From: Sporopachydermia quercuum
Lineage: Eukaryota
Direction of reading: 5' to 3'
Assembly (NCBI GenBank): GCA_001599295.1
Contig: BCGN01000003.1
Coordinates: 372,001-436,000, forward strand
Length of the DNA: 64,000 nt
Position numbers and translations under genes: made by a program. Positions within the stretch are counted from its first letter, which is position 1; every line of letters begins with the position of its first letter. The notes beneath the pieces were generated by a model. The model saw only the letters and a program-made list of their open reading frames with translations. It did no database searches and was not told the origin of the DNA. Of this stretch, positions 28,853 to 43,700 are shown one piece after another.

Positions 28853-30420
28853 ATACTGGGTTCCAATCGAAGAGATCCTTTGTATAATATTTACTCATCA
28901 CATACGAGATACGTGATTTATGATTTAAACTTGCATTAAAAAACTGAATGCATATTTTTCCTAATTTCTTATACTTAAAGATTTATATTCAGAATGGGAT
29001 ACTACGATAAGATACCAACTGCCGTTCTACTTTCGATTTCAGATCAACGAATTGATCCGTCGAATTGAACATAGCGTTATTTTCAAACTATTGCGAAATC
29101 AATTTGATGCCCCAGTTCTTAAGTTCTCTGAAACACAATACAAAAAGGTTTAACTAAGTCAGTCTAACTATGCGGGTGTGATTGAAAACTGAGACGCCTG
29201 ATAGTATGAAGGGCTACTGTATTCCTTCACTTCCCTTGCTTTTTTCAAACGTAAGACTATATACAATACAATGCAATGCATCTTTCTACATCGTTTTAAA
29301 ATACATTTTCGAATAGGTTGTTCTTACGCATCACATATTTGCTATCTCAATCACTTCTTTTCGTGCTTTGACGTAATGTGTAGCTAGAAGCTACAACCAA
29401 TTTAGCGTAGTCAACGTTCCAGAATATTTAGGATCTTAACCTTATTCCAAGGATGAANCATAAGGAGACCTTAGAGACGTCTTAGATTGGAACTTTCACG
29501 TGAAAGTTCGCAACGGTATGGCCACTTTTCTTTCTACGCTCGACTACTTTCTATTTCACTAAGTTATATATTGGCTTAATAAATCCTTTCTAAACTATAA
29601 ATAATCTGATGATTAAGAGCAATGCAAATGAAAACTTTTTTAATCACAGTAAAGGAATGATAAAGATTGCTAAGCGACATTGAAAAATTCAGATTGAAAT
29701 GTGGAGATGTAACAGCGGGGATACGGATAAGAAGATTCCCAAAAAACTTGGGAAAGGGAAAGTGAGATCGGGTTTAAATACTAATTACATGTACGTAACA
29801 TTTACTCTTTTGGTTTGACTATTTCCTCAGTAGATATCGTCCGAACTTTTACCGTGGGGTTTCAGACCCTACGGGTTATTCCAAAATGATGGTTTTACAA
29901 CTACTATGCGTGATAAAGTTGGGACTCGGATTAATTATTGATCATACAGATCCTTTTGTACATTTTCTCTTTCGGAAACTTGCCCAAATTTAAATTAAAC
30001 ATATTAGCCTTACCCGGGTATTCATCCTTTTTGAGATATTTTGTAGGGATCTTAGCTTCATTCGTGGGGCGACTAAGTTTCCCATCGCTTTCCAAAACCA
30101 TTAAAGGAAAGGAAGCCACTCGGAACCGGATATAAGTTGAGCACTAAAGGAAGATAACTATAACGGTAATCTAATAGTTTAATAATTTAGAATAAAAGGA
30201 AACCGATCCCCAGATTACGGTATTTCTTTTAGTTCTGTAAAATATGGGGAACATGGGGATGGGAATGAGAGAATGAAGGATAATCATTGAGAAGTCCAAA
30301 AAGCATGGAACATAAGTATTAGATTCAGATTTACTGCATAATAGTGATCTATCTTACATTCAAGGTAAAAGAAGAAGAAATAATTAGCATCATCAATATC
30401 GAACAAGCTCAAACATCGGA

Positions 30421-30702
30421 ATGACTGCTGTTGAATGTCTAATACATCATAACTTGGGTGACCGCTCACTCAGTTCTAGCAATGATAGTCTAGTGTATAT
30501 AAATATGAATATGAACATGAGCATGAATCTGCAACTTGGTGATAGTACAAGAGCTGGTACTACTACACCAACGTATTCTGAAAGTCAAAGAATAACTTTC
30601 GATTCTCAAGTTAACTTTGGTGATATGCTATTGGCAGCGATGGAAAAAGCTGAAATGGAAAGATTGAATGACGATCTTCGCGAGATTGAACTGAAGATAT
30701 GA
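30421..30702 (+). CDS. Small hypothetical protein (93 aa)
   Basis: ATG ORF with a helical-looking C-terminus (FGDMLLAAMEKAEMERL), a CGG-rich upstream region with TATA-like GGATATAAG, and a T-rich 3' region. No family recognised. Confidence 0.45.
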   Translation: MTAVECLIHHNLGDRSLSSSNDSLVYINMNMNMSMNLQLGDSTRAGTTTPTYSESQRITFDSQVNFGDMLLAAMEKAEMERLNDDLREIELKI

Positions 30703-32744
30703 ACTCTGATCAATAACAAAATGGAGGCAGAAAGAAATGAAATGAATCGACCCAATTGATTCTTTTCTGGCATTTGATTGTAATAAATTGGGTCTGTATC
30801 GTTCAAGGTTTACTAAAGCGTTATTATCTTCTTATTTTCTTATTGTTGTATTTGTTTTGGCTATTATTAATTTGCATTATTGAACTGTGCTGCATTGCAA
30901 AGAGGAAAAAGGGGAAAGCCTATTAGGGCTAGGAAAATTTGTCTAATTTTTTTTTTTTTGTTTTTGATTGGTTGTTTGAATGGTTGTTTGATTGTTTATA
31001 TCTTGTATTATATAATGGGATTATTTTTGTTCTAATGAATTTGTATATTTTTATGTTCTATTAAATTTTATAGCAGAGTTGTAGTGAAAGTCGATAAATA
31101 AGAGAGTAGTAGAATTCATTGCTATGATGATGTATGAATATGTGTAGTAGGGTCGGTAGGGTTGATAATTTTATCGTTCAGTGAAATGAAAGAATAATAT
31201 AAAGCATAGTGGACAAAATAGAATAGACGATAGCTACTTCGAAGCTTATTATGGAATCCATATGAATTATAAGTTTGATCGGTAATACCAAATAGTTCTT
31301 GTATGAATGTACTCAATATAGAAATATAGTAAATGCCACTGAATAGAAGTTTCATGATCGCTTTTAATGTTTTATCGACAACGCTTGTTTTGAACCTCAA
31401 ACAGTCGATTTTCTCATTTGTCTCTGACAGGTAAAGTACTGTAAATGTCATTAAATAGAATAGCTATAGTGCTATATATTGATAAATTATCAATAAAGCT
31501 TGTCTACTTATCACACATTTGTTGTTTTGCGGAGTTGAAGATTTAATCTGGATAGAAAATTCAATTTCTTTCAGGTATTACTGAAATCCTCTTCAACTAA
31601 CAGGTAGTGACGATACCATTCGTTATCTATACTACATCTGATAATGCTTTATTATGGGGTTGGCACAATTAGCGAAAAGTTATCCCAATCAACTGAGACA
31701 CTTTTGTTGGAGAATCTATGGTCATTTTCTTTCTTCAGAAAGTGTACAAATGCCTGATTTTCTGGTCCGATAATAGTCTAAACGCCAGTGATATAGATTT
31801 GTTCAAAGGCTTGAAATTCAGATTGCACTATTCACTTCAAATGCTCTANCTCTAAAAAATAAGAAAGGAATTGGTATGATGCGTCCATCTCAGGCTTATT
31901 GATTCCACACATAGCGAAAAGAACAAAAGTCAGGACCATTGATGAATGAACACAGCCACGTTCTGCGCAAAGTAAAATTAGATAATAATCCTAGTGATCA
32001 TTCTCTAAGTGGTTCACAATTTAAGGCAACTGTAGCTTGACCTGATAAAATGTCGGTCGAAAATAGAATATATTGGTTATTCACCTTCTCCACGAACATG
32101 ACATCAGTTCTATCTATATGTCCATTCAATAATCATACCAGAATAATCTCAAAATACTACTATTAACAATAGTTAAGTCAAATCATCCTTGTTACTAACA
32201 AGACTCTGATAGGCGGAAGCTCAATGATTGATGATGACAATTGTACCTCCTCTTTTTTTATGTATGTTTTATGTATTTTTTATTTTTTATTTATTTTTTT
32301 AAGTTTATTTTCATTTCATTTCTTCCCTCCCCTGTCTCATAACAGACGATATAAAATGATCGCAGTCTAGGTCCTCATTGGGTTTCTAAGCAACTGCTTA
32401 GTAAGGGGATGGGATGGGACATAATGAATGATGGATGACGATCAAATTATGTCACAGAAGAATTTCGAAATAACTTGTAGATCATAAAAATGAATATATA
32501 AAGACATTATGGATAACGGTAAATATGAGGGTAAACTCAGTAGTCTGTTGACTAGATTCAATTGGAAGTTTGCTGGTTTCACCCTGATTTCAGAGATAGT
32601 GTTAGCNAATAGACGGAACCAACAACACAACTCAACTCGTACGTTTGAGCTGGCTTAGGCTTCATCTATCCATCGCAACAATCAACTGGAATAAACTCGA
32701 AAAAGGGAACGGCAAGGAAAAGATAAGAGAAACTCAGAATCAAA

Positions 32745-33131
32745 ATGTCAATTCAAACAGGGTCATTGAACAGAATTCATTGGATTCCGTTAGCGGAAAT
32801 CAAAAGACCAATTCCTCCTGTGCTTGATTCATGCAAAATAGATACTATGATAGGTACAATCAATAATTCAAGGCAGAATAGTAAAACTGAACCAGTCTCA
32901 TATTCTGATAATACAACAGAAATGTCTCATATCGATACAGGACTACCTCCAATTGATGTTTTGTATTTGAAAGATCAAGGAAAGGTTTATTACTTTGGTT
33001 TTGGCGGTTGTCATAGATTTCAAGCTTATGAACGGTCGGGTGAAACTTACGTCAAATGCAAACTTGTACCTTGTACTAAGAAACAGTTGAGCTTGTATTT
33101 GGGAAGTAGTGTTGAGAATTTCTTCGAATAA
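32745..33131 (+). CDS. SRX1: Sulfiredoxin
   Basis: IKRPIPPVLD, PPIDV and catalytic FGGCHR. Upstream of MDH1, as in S. cerevisiae. Confidence 0.95.
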   Translation: MSIQTGSLNRIHWIPLAEIKRPIPPVLDSCKIDTMIGTINNSRQNSKTEPVSYSDNTTEMSHIDTGLPPIDVLYLKDQGKVYYFGFGGCHRFQAYERSGETYVKCKLVPCTKKQLSLYLGSSVENFFE

Positions 33132-34460
33132 TTGGCATCCAATCTTTTTAATAAAATTCCTTCTATGTACTGCATTATACTATTTGTATCATCAACAGAT
33201 ATTTGATGTAAAGCTTACGTCTTAATTCAGGGGTTGATTATTTTTCATAATCAAGAATCTCCCTGATATATGTATCGCGCGAAGGGACTCGGACCGATTT
33301 CGGCTATTAAAAATACATCTCATAATTTGAGTGAATTGAGAAACACTAAGTATCCCTTGGAAATAGTGAATTCTCGAGAAAATTCGTATACTAATGGTAT
33401 GCGTTAAAGTATGGGTTATACTGTTTTTAGTTCAGGAAAACCGTTAAATTCTAACATGCTAATGTGCCATGGCACATTAGAAAAAACATTTCTTCTTGTG
33501 AAAAGTCTCATCAGCCATTCTTAGAAAGCTTCTGCCTTCTGTCATTTACAAAGGCTAAGGAAAGTCAAAGAAAACAACTCGCAACCATCATCTACAAATA
33601 CATTATTTGCAATCTCACAGGTTTTTAAATAATTGATTTGTCCTTATTATATCCTTAGTTTTTATACCTCAATGACTATCTTCCTTCTCCCCGAATCCTA
33701 TACCGGACTCTCGGCAAATCTATAAAGATCTGGGGTTACCTTCCAGGTAAAAATCTCATAATTTGTCATGCAAAAGACACATAGTTGTTCCCACACTAAT
33801 TTGAGCAAATGGCTGCATATTAGTGCATCGAAACCAAGACAATTTGGACATTTACCCCTAATTGAAACAATTCAATTAAGACATGAATGCAAATGATATG
33901 ATCTTGTCATGACCTAAAACTCATTTATTACTTCATCTCGTACCCCAATAGATAAAAAAAAAGTAGCAGCTTGGAGCTCTAGCAGTTTTAAAATCATAAA
34001 TAATAAATACTATTTAAAGCACGTATTAATAATTTTTCTAATACATTGTAAGGTGTCCTCGTCAATTAAATATCTCAAATCAAACTAAATAAAATTATCA
34101 CAAGTTTTGCTTCCGGTTTAACCCAATACTCACATAGTACCCCATCACATCTCCGTCTGTCTGTCACATGTCTGACAATTTAACCTCAATGTCCTACCAA
34201 TCCCTCAGACGTCACGGAAAACGTTGGAAGAACCTAATTTAAATCGCTAACATTCAACGTCCAACCATTCAATTCCTATCAGTTTCTTCAGTTTTCACAC
34301 TTTCTTTCTCCTTGTCTTTGTCATTTATTTAATAGCTTCTTCGCTGTATTTCATTATATTATCCTTTTTGCACTTTGAATTATAGCATAATTGCTTACTA
34401 CTAGTTTTAGTAATATATAGTACCATAACTAACAATCAAACAATTGTACAATTGAACAAA

Positions 34461-35480
34461 ATGTCTTTCCGTTTCGGTTTCCAAAAGATCCAAGCTAGAT
34501 CATTCTCTGCTTCATCAAAGAGCTTGTCAAAGGTTACAGTTCTTGGTGCTAACGGTGGTATTGGTCAACCATTGTCCTTGTTATTGAAATTGAACCCTAA
34601 GGTTACTGAACTCTCTCTTTACGATTTGAGAGGAGCTCCTGGTGTTGCCGCCGATGTTTCACATATCCCAACTCACTCAACTGTTAAGGGATTCTTACCA
34701 GATAACGAAGGATTAAAGAACGCTTTAGATGGAACAGATGTTGTTTTGATCCCTGCTGGTGTTCCTAGAAAGCCAGGTATGACCAGAGACGATTTGTTCA
34801 ACACAAATGCCTCAATTGTCCGTGATTTGGCTAAAGCNGTTGCTGACTACGCTCCTAAGGCTGCCGTTTTGATCATCTCAAACCCTGTCAACTCAACAGT
34901 TCCTATTGTTGCTGAAGTTTTCAAGTCCAAGGGAGTTTACAACCCGAAGAAGCTTTTTGGTGTCACCACTCTTGATGTTTTGAGAGCTTCAAGATTTATC
35001 TCTGAAATTAAGGGAACCGACCCTACTCAAGAACCTGTCACTGTTGTTGGTGGTCACTCTGGTGTTACCATCGTTCCTTTAATTTCTCAATCTAAGCACA
35101 AGGATATTTCTGGTGAGACCTTGGATAAGTTGACCCACAGAATCCAATTCGGTGGTGATGAAGTTGTCCAAGCTAAAGATGGTGCTGGATCTGCCACTTT
35201 ATCTATGGCACAAGCTGGTGCTAGATTTGCCAATGCCGTTTTATCCGGTTTGAAGGGTGAAAAGGATGTCATTGAACCTACTTACATTGACTCTCCTTTA
35301 TTCAAGTCCGAAGGTGTTGAGTTCTTCTCTTCTAAGGTCACTTTAGGACCTGAAGGTGTTTCTAAGGTTCATGACCTTGGTGAAACTAGCGATTACGAAG
35401 ATAAATTGATTGCTACTGCTAAGGAAACCTTGAAGAAGAATATTGCCAAGGGTGTTGATTTCGTTAAGAGCAACCCTTAA
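34461..35480 (+). CDS. MDH1: Mitochondrial malate dehydrogenase
   Basis: Presequence, [29 protein letters not shown] and strongly biased codon usage. ATG at 34461. Confidence 0.97.
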   Translation: MSFRFGFQKIQARSFSASSKSLSKVTVLGANGGIGQPLSLLLKLNPKVTELSLYDLRGAPGVAADVSHIPTHSTVKGFLPDNEGLKNALDGTDVVLIPAGVPRKPGMTRDDLFNTNASIVRDLAKXVADYAPKAAVLIISNPVNSTVPIVAEVFKSKGVYNPKKLFGVTTLDVLRASRFISEIKGTDPTQEPVTVVGGHSGVTIVPLISQSKHKDISGETLDKLTHRIQFGGDEVVQAKDGAGSATLSMAQAGARFANAVLSGLKGEKDVIEPTYIDSPLFKSEGVEFFSSKVTLGPEGVSKVHDLGETSDYEDKLIATAKETLKKNIAKGVDFVKSNP

Positions 35481-37538
35481 TTTCAATGGTTCGATTTGAT
35501 TGCTTTGTTTAGATTTGTTATTACAAATCGCAGCAAGTTATGAAATAATCCTCCGTGTCATGTTCTTATGTTCAGTTATGTTATTTATTTATTTAGTTAC
35601 TTAGTGACTTAATTAGTATACATGCTTTCTAGATTTCTGGTTGATTCAATTGAAGTTATACTTGTATCTAGATTAAAATCGTCGAATAACTGTAGGATTT
35701 GGTTTGTAGAATTTTAGTTGTTAATGCTCTTAATAGGCTCTGAATAATTCACATTAGCGAAACACAAGAAGATGAGAAACCCATAGCTTTACAAAATCAA
35801 CATCCCTTTTTGCCATTGGGCATGCTATTGCATCTAGACAACCGATAAGTCTCTATTTCAAATTATTGCTTGATTTCAGTCTCTGGCTTACTCCAACTAC
35901 CTCCCAGATTGCAAGAGACTTCTCTTACCGCAGTACACCTAAAGTCTTAAAAGGATTGCTAATTCTCTGAATCCTCAAATTTTGGGACAAAATATATACC
36001 GAAATAAAAAATGGATAATAAGAAGGTCGTACATTATAAGTTCAATTCGGAAGTAATGGCAGCTGTAGAAAATTGTAGTGCTAATCACAGCCATTGAAAT
36101 TTATCATGTGCTGTTTGTTTTATTGAACAAAGAAGCAACTAAGTTTTTCATCATCTATGGTCAGAAAGTATGGGATATCACAATTACTTAATGAAGAAAT
36201 TACATTTCCTTTGCTTATCTTCTTGAAATGGAGAAACTATAATCCTTTCCTCATTTGTACTTTGAATTTATAGTTAATAACAAGAAGGAGAACTGAAGCT
36301 CGTTCTAACTCAATTGCTAATACCTTCCACTCATCAATCTTTTATTAGTGGTAGTTGTTNGGCCTTTGAATTGATCACTTACTTTATAGTATGTACTGCT
36401 ATTTATGTCTTCACGAATTTAATTCATGAAGACATAGATAGAAATGAAACTATAATCAAATCGTGAAATAATTGACAGATTCATTATTGAGGATGTCTGT
36501 TGTTCCACAGAATACGAATGTGGTTGTGCTTTCATACTTCAGCCATTTACATCATTGTTGAGAATTGGTTAAAGACAGAAAAGCTTGGAGGTAGTGGCAG
36601 CCAAAAAATTGCAGTAAATTAGGGATTTTCAAATTCAGATAGGGCTGGTGAGTATAAAGAAAATAATACTTGCAAATCTGGTTTATTCTCGGATGAATAT
36701 GTTTTCAGTTTGATATTAGGAACTATTTCTGAAAGGCTTGATTGATAGTGTTACTAATAGAAAACTCCTCCATCATAACTTTAAACACTACTACTCCAAC
36801 TTTATTGTCATATTTTTCTCATTATTCCTCAAAATTAACTTTTTTGTCTATTCCTGATTTCTCTTTTGCTTTACAATTTCTATACTAAGGTGAGTAAATA
36901 ATATAACCAAACAACATTAACGAACAAATATAGCATCAATTCTCTGTTGTGTTATTGTTTTATAAGACTAGGTTANATTGACAGACTCACAGGTTGGAAG
37001 TTTAACCTGTTTTGATTTTTGGCCATGAGGAACCTGACAGGTTAGATTCTCTTTTCTTGTTGATTTTATTACACACTTCCCGACTTTTTTTCTCCATCCT
37101 TGCTATTTTTGCTACATTCATTTTATTCCTTTTCCCTTTAACCACTTTTCACAAACCCTCTAATTTTTGTTCTCATTATTGCTGGGAATGAAAGAAATAA
37201 AAAACGGCATTGACATGGATTGGAGTTGATCGAATGCATTTATCAACTTTGTTGAATCTACAGCATTTTTGAGAGTTTGATGTACCATTGGCGAAGGTCA
37301 ATTCTTTACAAATCGTTTAATGAAAGTATCGCCTTACAAGATATTTCGCGGTTCTTGAATTCAAACAGGATTACCAGCTTATCTTTCTTTCAAAAGACGA
37401 CTATTCCGATTAGTGATGCATAGTAGCAACAGATTCTTCGCTATCTCTCTTTTCTCAAACCAGGAAATTAAGAAAAAGAACTAGTTTTGTTTACCCCTGA
37501 CAATACATTAATAGTATTGGATTTCATTCTAAGAGGCC

Positions 37539-39047
37539 ATGGAGCTGTCATTACAACAGAACCCAATGTCGAAACAATCCAACCGCACGAATAATTATTA
37601 CTCCCTAATGGCCGGTCAGAGCCAAATCACAGATAACAATAATAATGGTAGCAAGCCAGGCTCCTATTCAGTTCTATATCCTAATCAATCCACAACAGCA
37701 GAATCTTCCTCATCTTATTACTCAGATGATTATCGAGATATTCTTTATGGTAATAACAACAATCGTAGTTCTCACATAGGCCAATCAAATAATCCGTCAT
37801 CATCATCATCATCATCCCTATTCCTCCCATTTGATTCTATCGACCAAGATTCTTCTACTCTACCATCAGGCTTAGGTTCAACTTCAGTCTCTCACACAAT
37901 ACTAAATCCTATGATTAATGACCCATCTTATACAACAGCAGCTACACCAACAGCAGCAAGTTTCAATGGGAAATCTTCTTCAACAAATAATCACATTCTA
38001 CCATTCGATGTCGATCCAACGTTTGAGCATCATAGCACTGTGAATTCTGCATTACTTCTTAAACATAAACAGGTAAGTGGTGATTTATACAGCAATCAAA
38101 TAGTAAACACATCTTCAACAACAGCGTCATCGAAACACTGTTCCATTGATATAAACGATAGCATAAAGTATCAACCACAACCACAACAGCCACCACAGCC
38201 GGCTACATCCGTCTTATCAATTGACCTTTTGAATCAACCTTCGTTAAAGAATTCCCACGATGAAGTTCATATGAATCAAATTATTAATGAGTATCCATTT
38301 TATGAGAACCTGGCAGATACATATTCTAAGTCTCAAAGAAATCTAACTTCTTTTGATAAAGAGATATCCCAATCACATCGACAGTCTTATCTACAACAAC
38401 ATTCTTATAACTCTTCCTCTTATACCAATAAACCAAGACAACGTCTATTATCTTTACCAGAACAACAATTACAACGCGACACCATATCAATACATGACCC
38501 AAATTCTAACGAGAATCCTGGGTTGAGAGCATCATTACCCCGACAAACACGTTGGCAGCAACGGTCTCAACAAAGTTATTTATCGAACAATTCAATGAAT
38601 TCACTTGATAATGATTTCATCAACAATCCTCCACCGTTGCATGAAAACATGATACTTCATCTGGATACTTCTCAATCTTCTCATCATATAATGAATTCTC
38701 GTACCATCAATTCTAATACTTCAAAAGAACCTGAAGTAATTATTGACGAAAGAACGAAGCAGGAACTAGCAAGATTATCAATTGACGTTGAAGCATTAAC
38801 AAGAAAATCTGCTCCAAGGAGGAAACCATCAGGAAATCCTAAACCAGAATCGGCAAGAATTCATTCATGTCATTTATGTGGGAAACGATTTTTCAGATTA
38901 GAACATGTTAGAAGACATATGACTTGCCATACTGATGATAAACCTTTTGTATGCATCTTCCCTAGTTGTAATAAAAGGTTTACTCGTCAAGATAATCTTA
39001 AGAGTCATATGAAAAATAGTCATTTAGGAAGGAATAAAAGGAAGTGA
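37539..39047 (+). CDS. C2H2 zinc-finger transcription factor with two C-terminal fingers (Msn2/Usv1/Mig-type recognition helices)
   Basis: CHLCGKRFFRLEHVRRHMTCH-TDDKPF-VCIFPSCNKRFTRQDNLKSHMKNSH after a Ser/Asn/Gln-rich region. Confidence 0.88.
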   Translation: MELSLQQNPMSKQSNRTNNYYSLMAGQSQITDNNNNGSKPGSYSVLYPNQSTTAESSSSYYSDDYRDILYGNNNNRSSHIGQSNNPSSSSSSSLFLPFDSIDQDSSTLPSGLGSTSVSHTILNPMINDPSYTTAATPTAASFNGKSSSTNNHILPFDVDPTFEHHSTVNSALLLKHKQVSGDLYSNQIVNTSSTTASSKHCSIDINDSIKYQPQPQQPPQPATSVLSIDLLNQPSLKNSHDEVHMNQIINEYPFYENLADTYSKSQRNLTSFDKEISQSHRQSYLQQHSYNSSSYTNKPRQRLLSLPEQQLQRDTISIHDPNSNENPGLRASLPRQTRWQQRSQQSYLSNNSMNSLDNDFINNPPPLHENMILHLDTSQSSHHIMNSRTINSNTSKEPEVIIDERTKQELARLSIDVEALTRKSAPRRKPSGNPKPESARIHSCHLCGKRFFRLEHVRRHMTCHTDDKPFVCIFPSCNKRFTRQDNLKSHMKNSHLGRNKRK

Positions 39048-40128
39048 AACTAGAGAAAAGAGAGAGATAAGGTAAGATAGATAATATGGAGATGAAAACA
39101 ACAGTATACAATACAAAAAAAAAAGATGATGAAGGTGAAAGGAAGTCGGTTAATAGTAACCACAGTAGTATTGAATGTAAAATATAAACTATATATCGAA
39201 TTAATTAGAGTATACTTACAATATTTATTCTGTGTTAGTATGATAGTAACACTAATAATAACAACAATGACAATTAGATGTAATTTGTTGATTAAGTCGG
39301 TACGTAAACCAATTGACCCGACAACGATAGTGCAACATAATTAAGAACGAGAACCTGAATATTCGGTGCTTAGGTTAAACCATTATTTCCAATCCACTGC
39401 ATCATCATCGAAATACCCAGAAACTACCAGAAATGTTACCCTTCATTTATTACTAACTACCCATTATATTTAATAATTGCATGTCTCACATTTTTTTCAT
39501 CAATCTGTTTTCTTGGGTTCACGACTCTTTCTTTAATTTTTTAACTAAAATGCCAACTGATCGATAACAAATGAACTGTCATATAAGTAATAGAAGGAGT
39601 AGCACTCTAGAAGCCATATGAAGAGGATTGATTAGAGAGGAACACAAACGTCGATATAAAAGCTAGAAATAAAAGATTAAGAAAGGCCAGACCATAAGAG
39701 TACACGATAACAACTCGGTCTAAAAGGAGTTTTCGATGTATTTTGAGGCAGGAAAAAAAAAATGGAGAAGTTTGAAGTTAATAGTTTTAAGATTGTTCTA
39801 TTATAGTAAGAATATTAGAACAATCAAGTTAAATATCTGAATAGAGAAGATGATAATAATCAAACGAGATCGTGTTCTCGTTCTCTATTCGAACTACTGG
39901 TTGAAAATATATATATTGGACAACTGTCTTATTTATTGTAGATGTAGTAGTACATTTTTCTATTTTTTTCTTCACTCTTCTTACAAAACAACTGTTAATA
40001 GACGGTTGAAAATATAAGAGAAATACCTAGATTAATAAAATTCCTTTAACTAGACTAGTAAAAGAAACTCTATCATCAGTGAGCTGTTGGCTGATGTTTC
40101 GTTCTTTATAATTTGCGCTATTGACTCC

Positions 40129-40159
<31 letters not shown>

Positions 40160-40161
40160 TC
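40129..40161. repeat. (CTTT)n microsatellite, about 8 units
   Basis: Directly visible. A separate CCATTTTTGT x~3 tandem lies at ~40225-40252. Confidence 0.85.
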
Positions 40162-40793
40162 GTTTTATGCTTCATCATCATATTCCTCTTTCAAGTTTAC
40201 TTCTTTAATGTCCCAAATAATTGGCCATTTTTGTCCATTTTTGTCCATTTTTGATCTCCGATAAACTCACCACCTTAAAAGTTCCATAGGACTTGTTTTC
40301 CACGCAGAACTCAATAGTTTATTAACAGAAAAGCCACCTTAGGGAAAACTTTCACGTCGAATTCTCGNAGATTCTTGATTATTCGAAGTAGGACTGATTG
40401 AAGATGAGCAGATAAAAGAATAATTCATAAGAAATATAAAAAGATAGAGAAAGATGAGAGATTTCCTCTTTTTAGATTGCTTACAGGAGATCATATATTT
40501 ATGTTTATGATCTCGAAGGTATAGGTAAACAGAATCTATCAGATATTTAGTGGGAAGGAAATGAATCACAATCAAGCAGATATAATCATCAGTTGTTCTT
40601 GTTCTTGTTCTTATTTTCATTATTCTAGTCTGAATATATTGGCAAATAAATTAACTAATAAGGCTTTTTGTATATAGACTTCACTACTGCGTATCTTAGA
40701 GCTAATTAAGATAAACAACAAATAACAGAAGTATCAATACTAGTGACAGCAGCAATTAGTAAGTCATCAATACACGATCAACAGCTGGTTCCA

Positions 40794-43700
40794 TCAATCA
40801 AAGGTAATAACATCATTAATGATCTCAATCTCATCATCTCCAGCGTTATTACTATTGCGATTCTTCTTGTCAGCGCTGTTGCTTCTTGTCCTATCATCAC
40901 TACTAACCGTAGGTCTCATATTGGTATTTCTCTCTCTAATGGTTTTTACAGCATCCTTTATTCTTTCATCACCATCATCACTCAATTTTATTGCACCATT
41001 GACATTAATATTTCCATGCCCACGATCNTTGTCAATAATATTTTTACCCATATCCTGTGATTGCTGTTTATATCGTGGTTCCATTCTATCCATTTCAGCA
41101 GGTGTTCTTTTTGGTTAAGTTACCTCCTGTTGAACCTCCTCGTGGTCTCCAAATGATTCTTTTTCAATACTATCTTCTTTTTCAGTTGCCTCATGATCCA
41201 ACCAAACAACTTTCGCATTATTCTTCCCGGTTACATCAACAATTCCTTGTAACATAACTTCACCTCTATGAAACAACGATCTTAACAATTCAACGCTACA
41301 ACCAGTACTTGTTCCACTATCTCCAGTTATTTCACTGCCACGCAATAAATCTGTAGATGTAAACACATCATTTCTTAACCAACAATCAATTAATTTAGAA
41401 ACTGACTGAACAAACAATGACCAGTTTCTTTCATCTGCAGTGTTCAGCCANGTTTTGAAGTGAAACAATTGTAGAAATGTAAATGGCAATCTTGCTCGTA
41501 AGGCTTTGATATAATTCACGGGATCGCCTTCGATATATTTCTTTGTTTCCTTATCACATGCTAGATTGAAAATAATATNATTAAGAACATAAAGTCTTGA
41601 TAGTATTAGTTTTGATAATTTCGCAGGAGAAAGCATTTCATTATTGGCACTGGGTGATGAATTTCTTGAGTCATTCTTTGATTTATATTTCTTTCTCGAA
41701 TTATATTTCTTACCATCATTATTATTGCTGATGCTGCTATTGCTATTAATGCTACTATTGCCATCACTATTCTCATCGTTTTCCTGATTTTCAAGTCCTC
41801 CATAGTAAACACTTTCAATACTATTACATATATTATCAATAATCTCTTTCCCAGCATAACATTTACTTATCGCAAATCCCATCACTCTTGCGATATCAAC
41901 TCTTCTCAANTCTAAATTCTGCAATAATAATCTCAAGTGTACCTCAGAATACGTAGCAAGATAATTCAGGTTGCTTCTTCTTAATGGCATATAATTAATC
42001 TTCTGTTGAGAATATGGAATATTAGAAAAACCTGTTGCTTTGCTTGATGCATATAAGCTATCAAGTTTGGCTGTTTCCTCTTCACGCGATTTCGGGGTTT
42101 CTTGTAATTCAAGTTGATGATTCTCTTCCGCTAATTCTTCTATCATATAGATGTAGGCGATTTTGGACCAATAAACACCATATCGCAAAGTTTCCTTCTA
42201 AAAATTATTGTCCCGGCTGGAAATTTACTTTTCCTTTCACTTTTAGAAAATGCTTTATAATATCTTTTATAANCATCAGCTGCTAGCGAGTCATTTGACA
42301 ATTCAATGCTTGGCCAACGGTCCAAACCAGCGATTTGTTCTTGAACATATCTTTCGAGATTTTCTAGATCTGAATTGTTATGAGAAGAAGCGGTAGTGAT
42401 ATTATTGGTTGGAGTAGTAGTAGAAAGATCAATTGCAGCAGGATCAACAACTGTTTGATTCTGTTTCCAGCCACTTGCTATACAGAATAGCTTCCAACGG
42501 TAATAGACATGTAATGGATTAGCAGTGTTGAATAAGAATTCATATAGCTCATTATCACGCTCCTTTCGCATGAGAATGGCCTCAAAAATAGGTCCGTAAG
42601 CTAACACGTTTTCGATCGTTAAATGAATGATTCTGAGCATATGCAGAGATTCAGGATATTTGACTTGGATCTCCGATACCTCAGGAGTCTGTTGCCGAAG
42701 ATACNTATCTTCCGTTAGCCGGTCATGTTCTCGGTTCGGTAATCGTCGTCCTCCTTTCCNTCTGTCTTTGATCATAGCAGCTAAATCTTTCTGATAAGGT
42801 TGANATAAGTAAACTCCTCCGAACGGAGCCCAGTGTTTCCGCGTTCCGATAATCTCTGGGGGAATAGTTGCCGAGAATGTTTGCATGTCCACTTTGCTTA
42901 CAAATTTAACAGCTAGTCTTCTCCCTTCTCCACAGTGATATTTTTCAAGTTTTTCATGGAAATATTCCGCTATCCGACGACTTTTGAACTCAACAAATGC
43001 AACCGATCCTATAAGCTTGTAAACACAATTATTGAGTTTATCGTATGGAACAAGAACCACATTTTTAACCATTTGTGTTTCAATCGGAATACCGAGAGAG
43101 GAAAACATTTGCTCTAAATTGGCCTCTGTGAACTTTGGAGGTAACCCCACAATCCGAAGAATGAACGTGTCTTCCGCTAAACTTATAGTTGTACTATCTC
43201 GGTCATTATCATCTCCAAATAAGGTGTCAATTTGTCGGCCAAGTTCGAGATTCGATGATTCCNTTTCCTTGACATAAAGTTTGCGTCTTGGCATGGCTGG
43301 TGCTGTAGCAGAGGTATACCGAGAACGGAATACTTCTGGTTCGGAAGCACGTATTTTCTTAACCGAATTACAGTCAGCGATAACATAAGGNTTGTTTTGG
43401 GTCTCTGCTACCCGTTTTTGAGAATGTTTTGCCAAATCACGCTCCATATTTGGTAATAAGTCAGCTTTTGAAGGGAGAAAACTTGTACTGTCATTAATAC
43501 CTGTGGCTGTACTTGTTGTTGAGTTTGTAGGTACAATAGGGGCACGTGGATTCAATCTCGGATCAGCACTTTGAACATGCGGCGCAGCTGCAGAAAAACT
43601 CTTCTGATTCAAACCCGGTTTACTTCTAAAATCAGAATTTCGTAATTGTGGTGTAGCTATAGCTGCACGTGTATTGATGCTCCTATTTATATTACTATCA

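Noticed and set aside
31450..32150. Possible decayed gene upstream of SRX1
   Set aside because: Only short open stretches and no recognisable motif.
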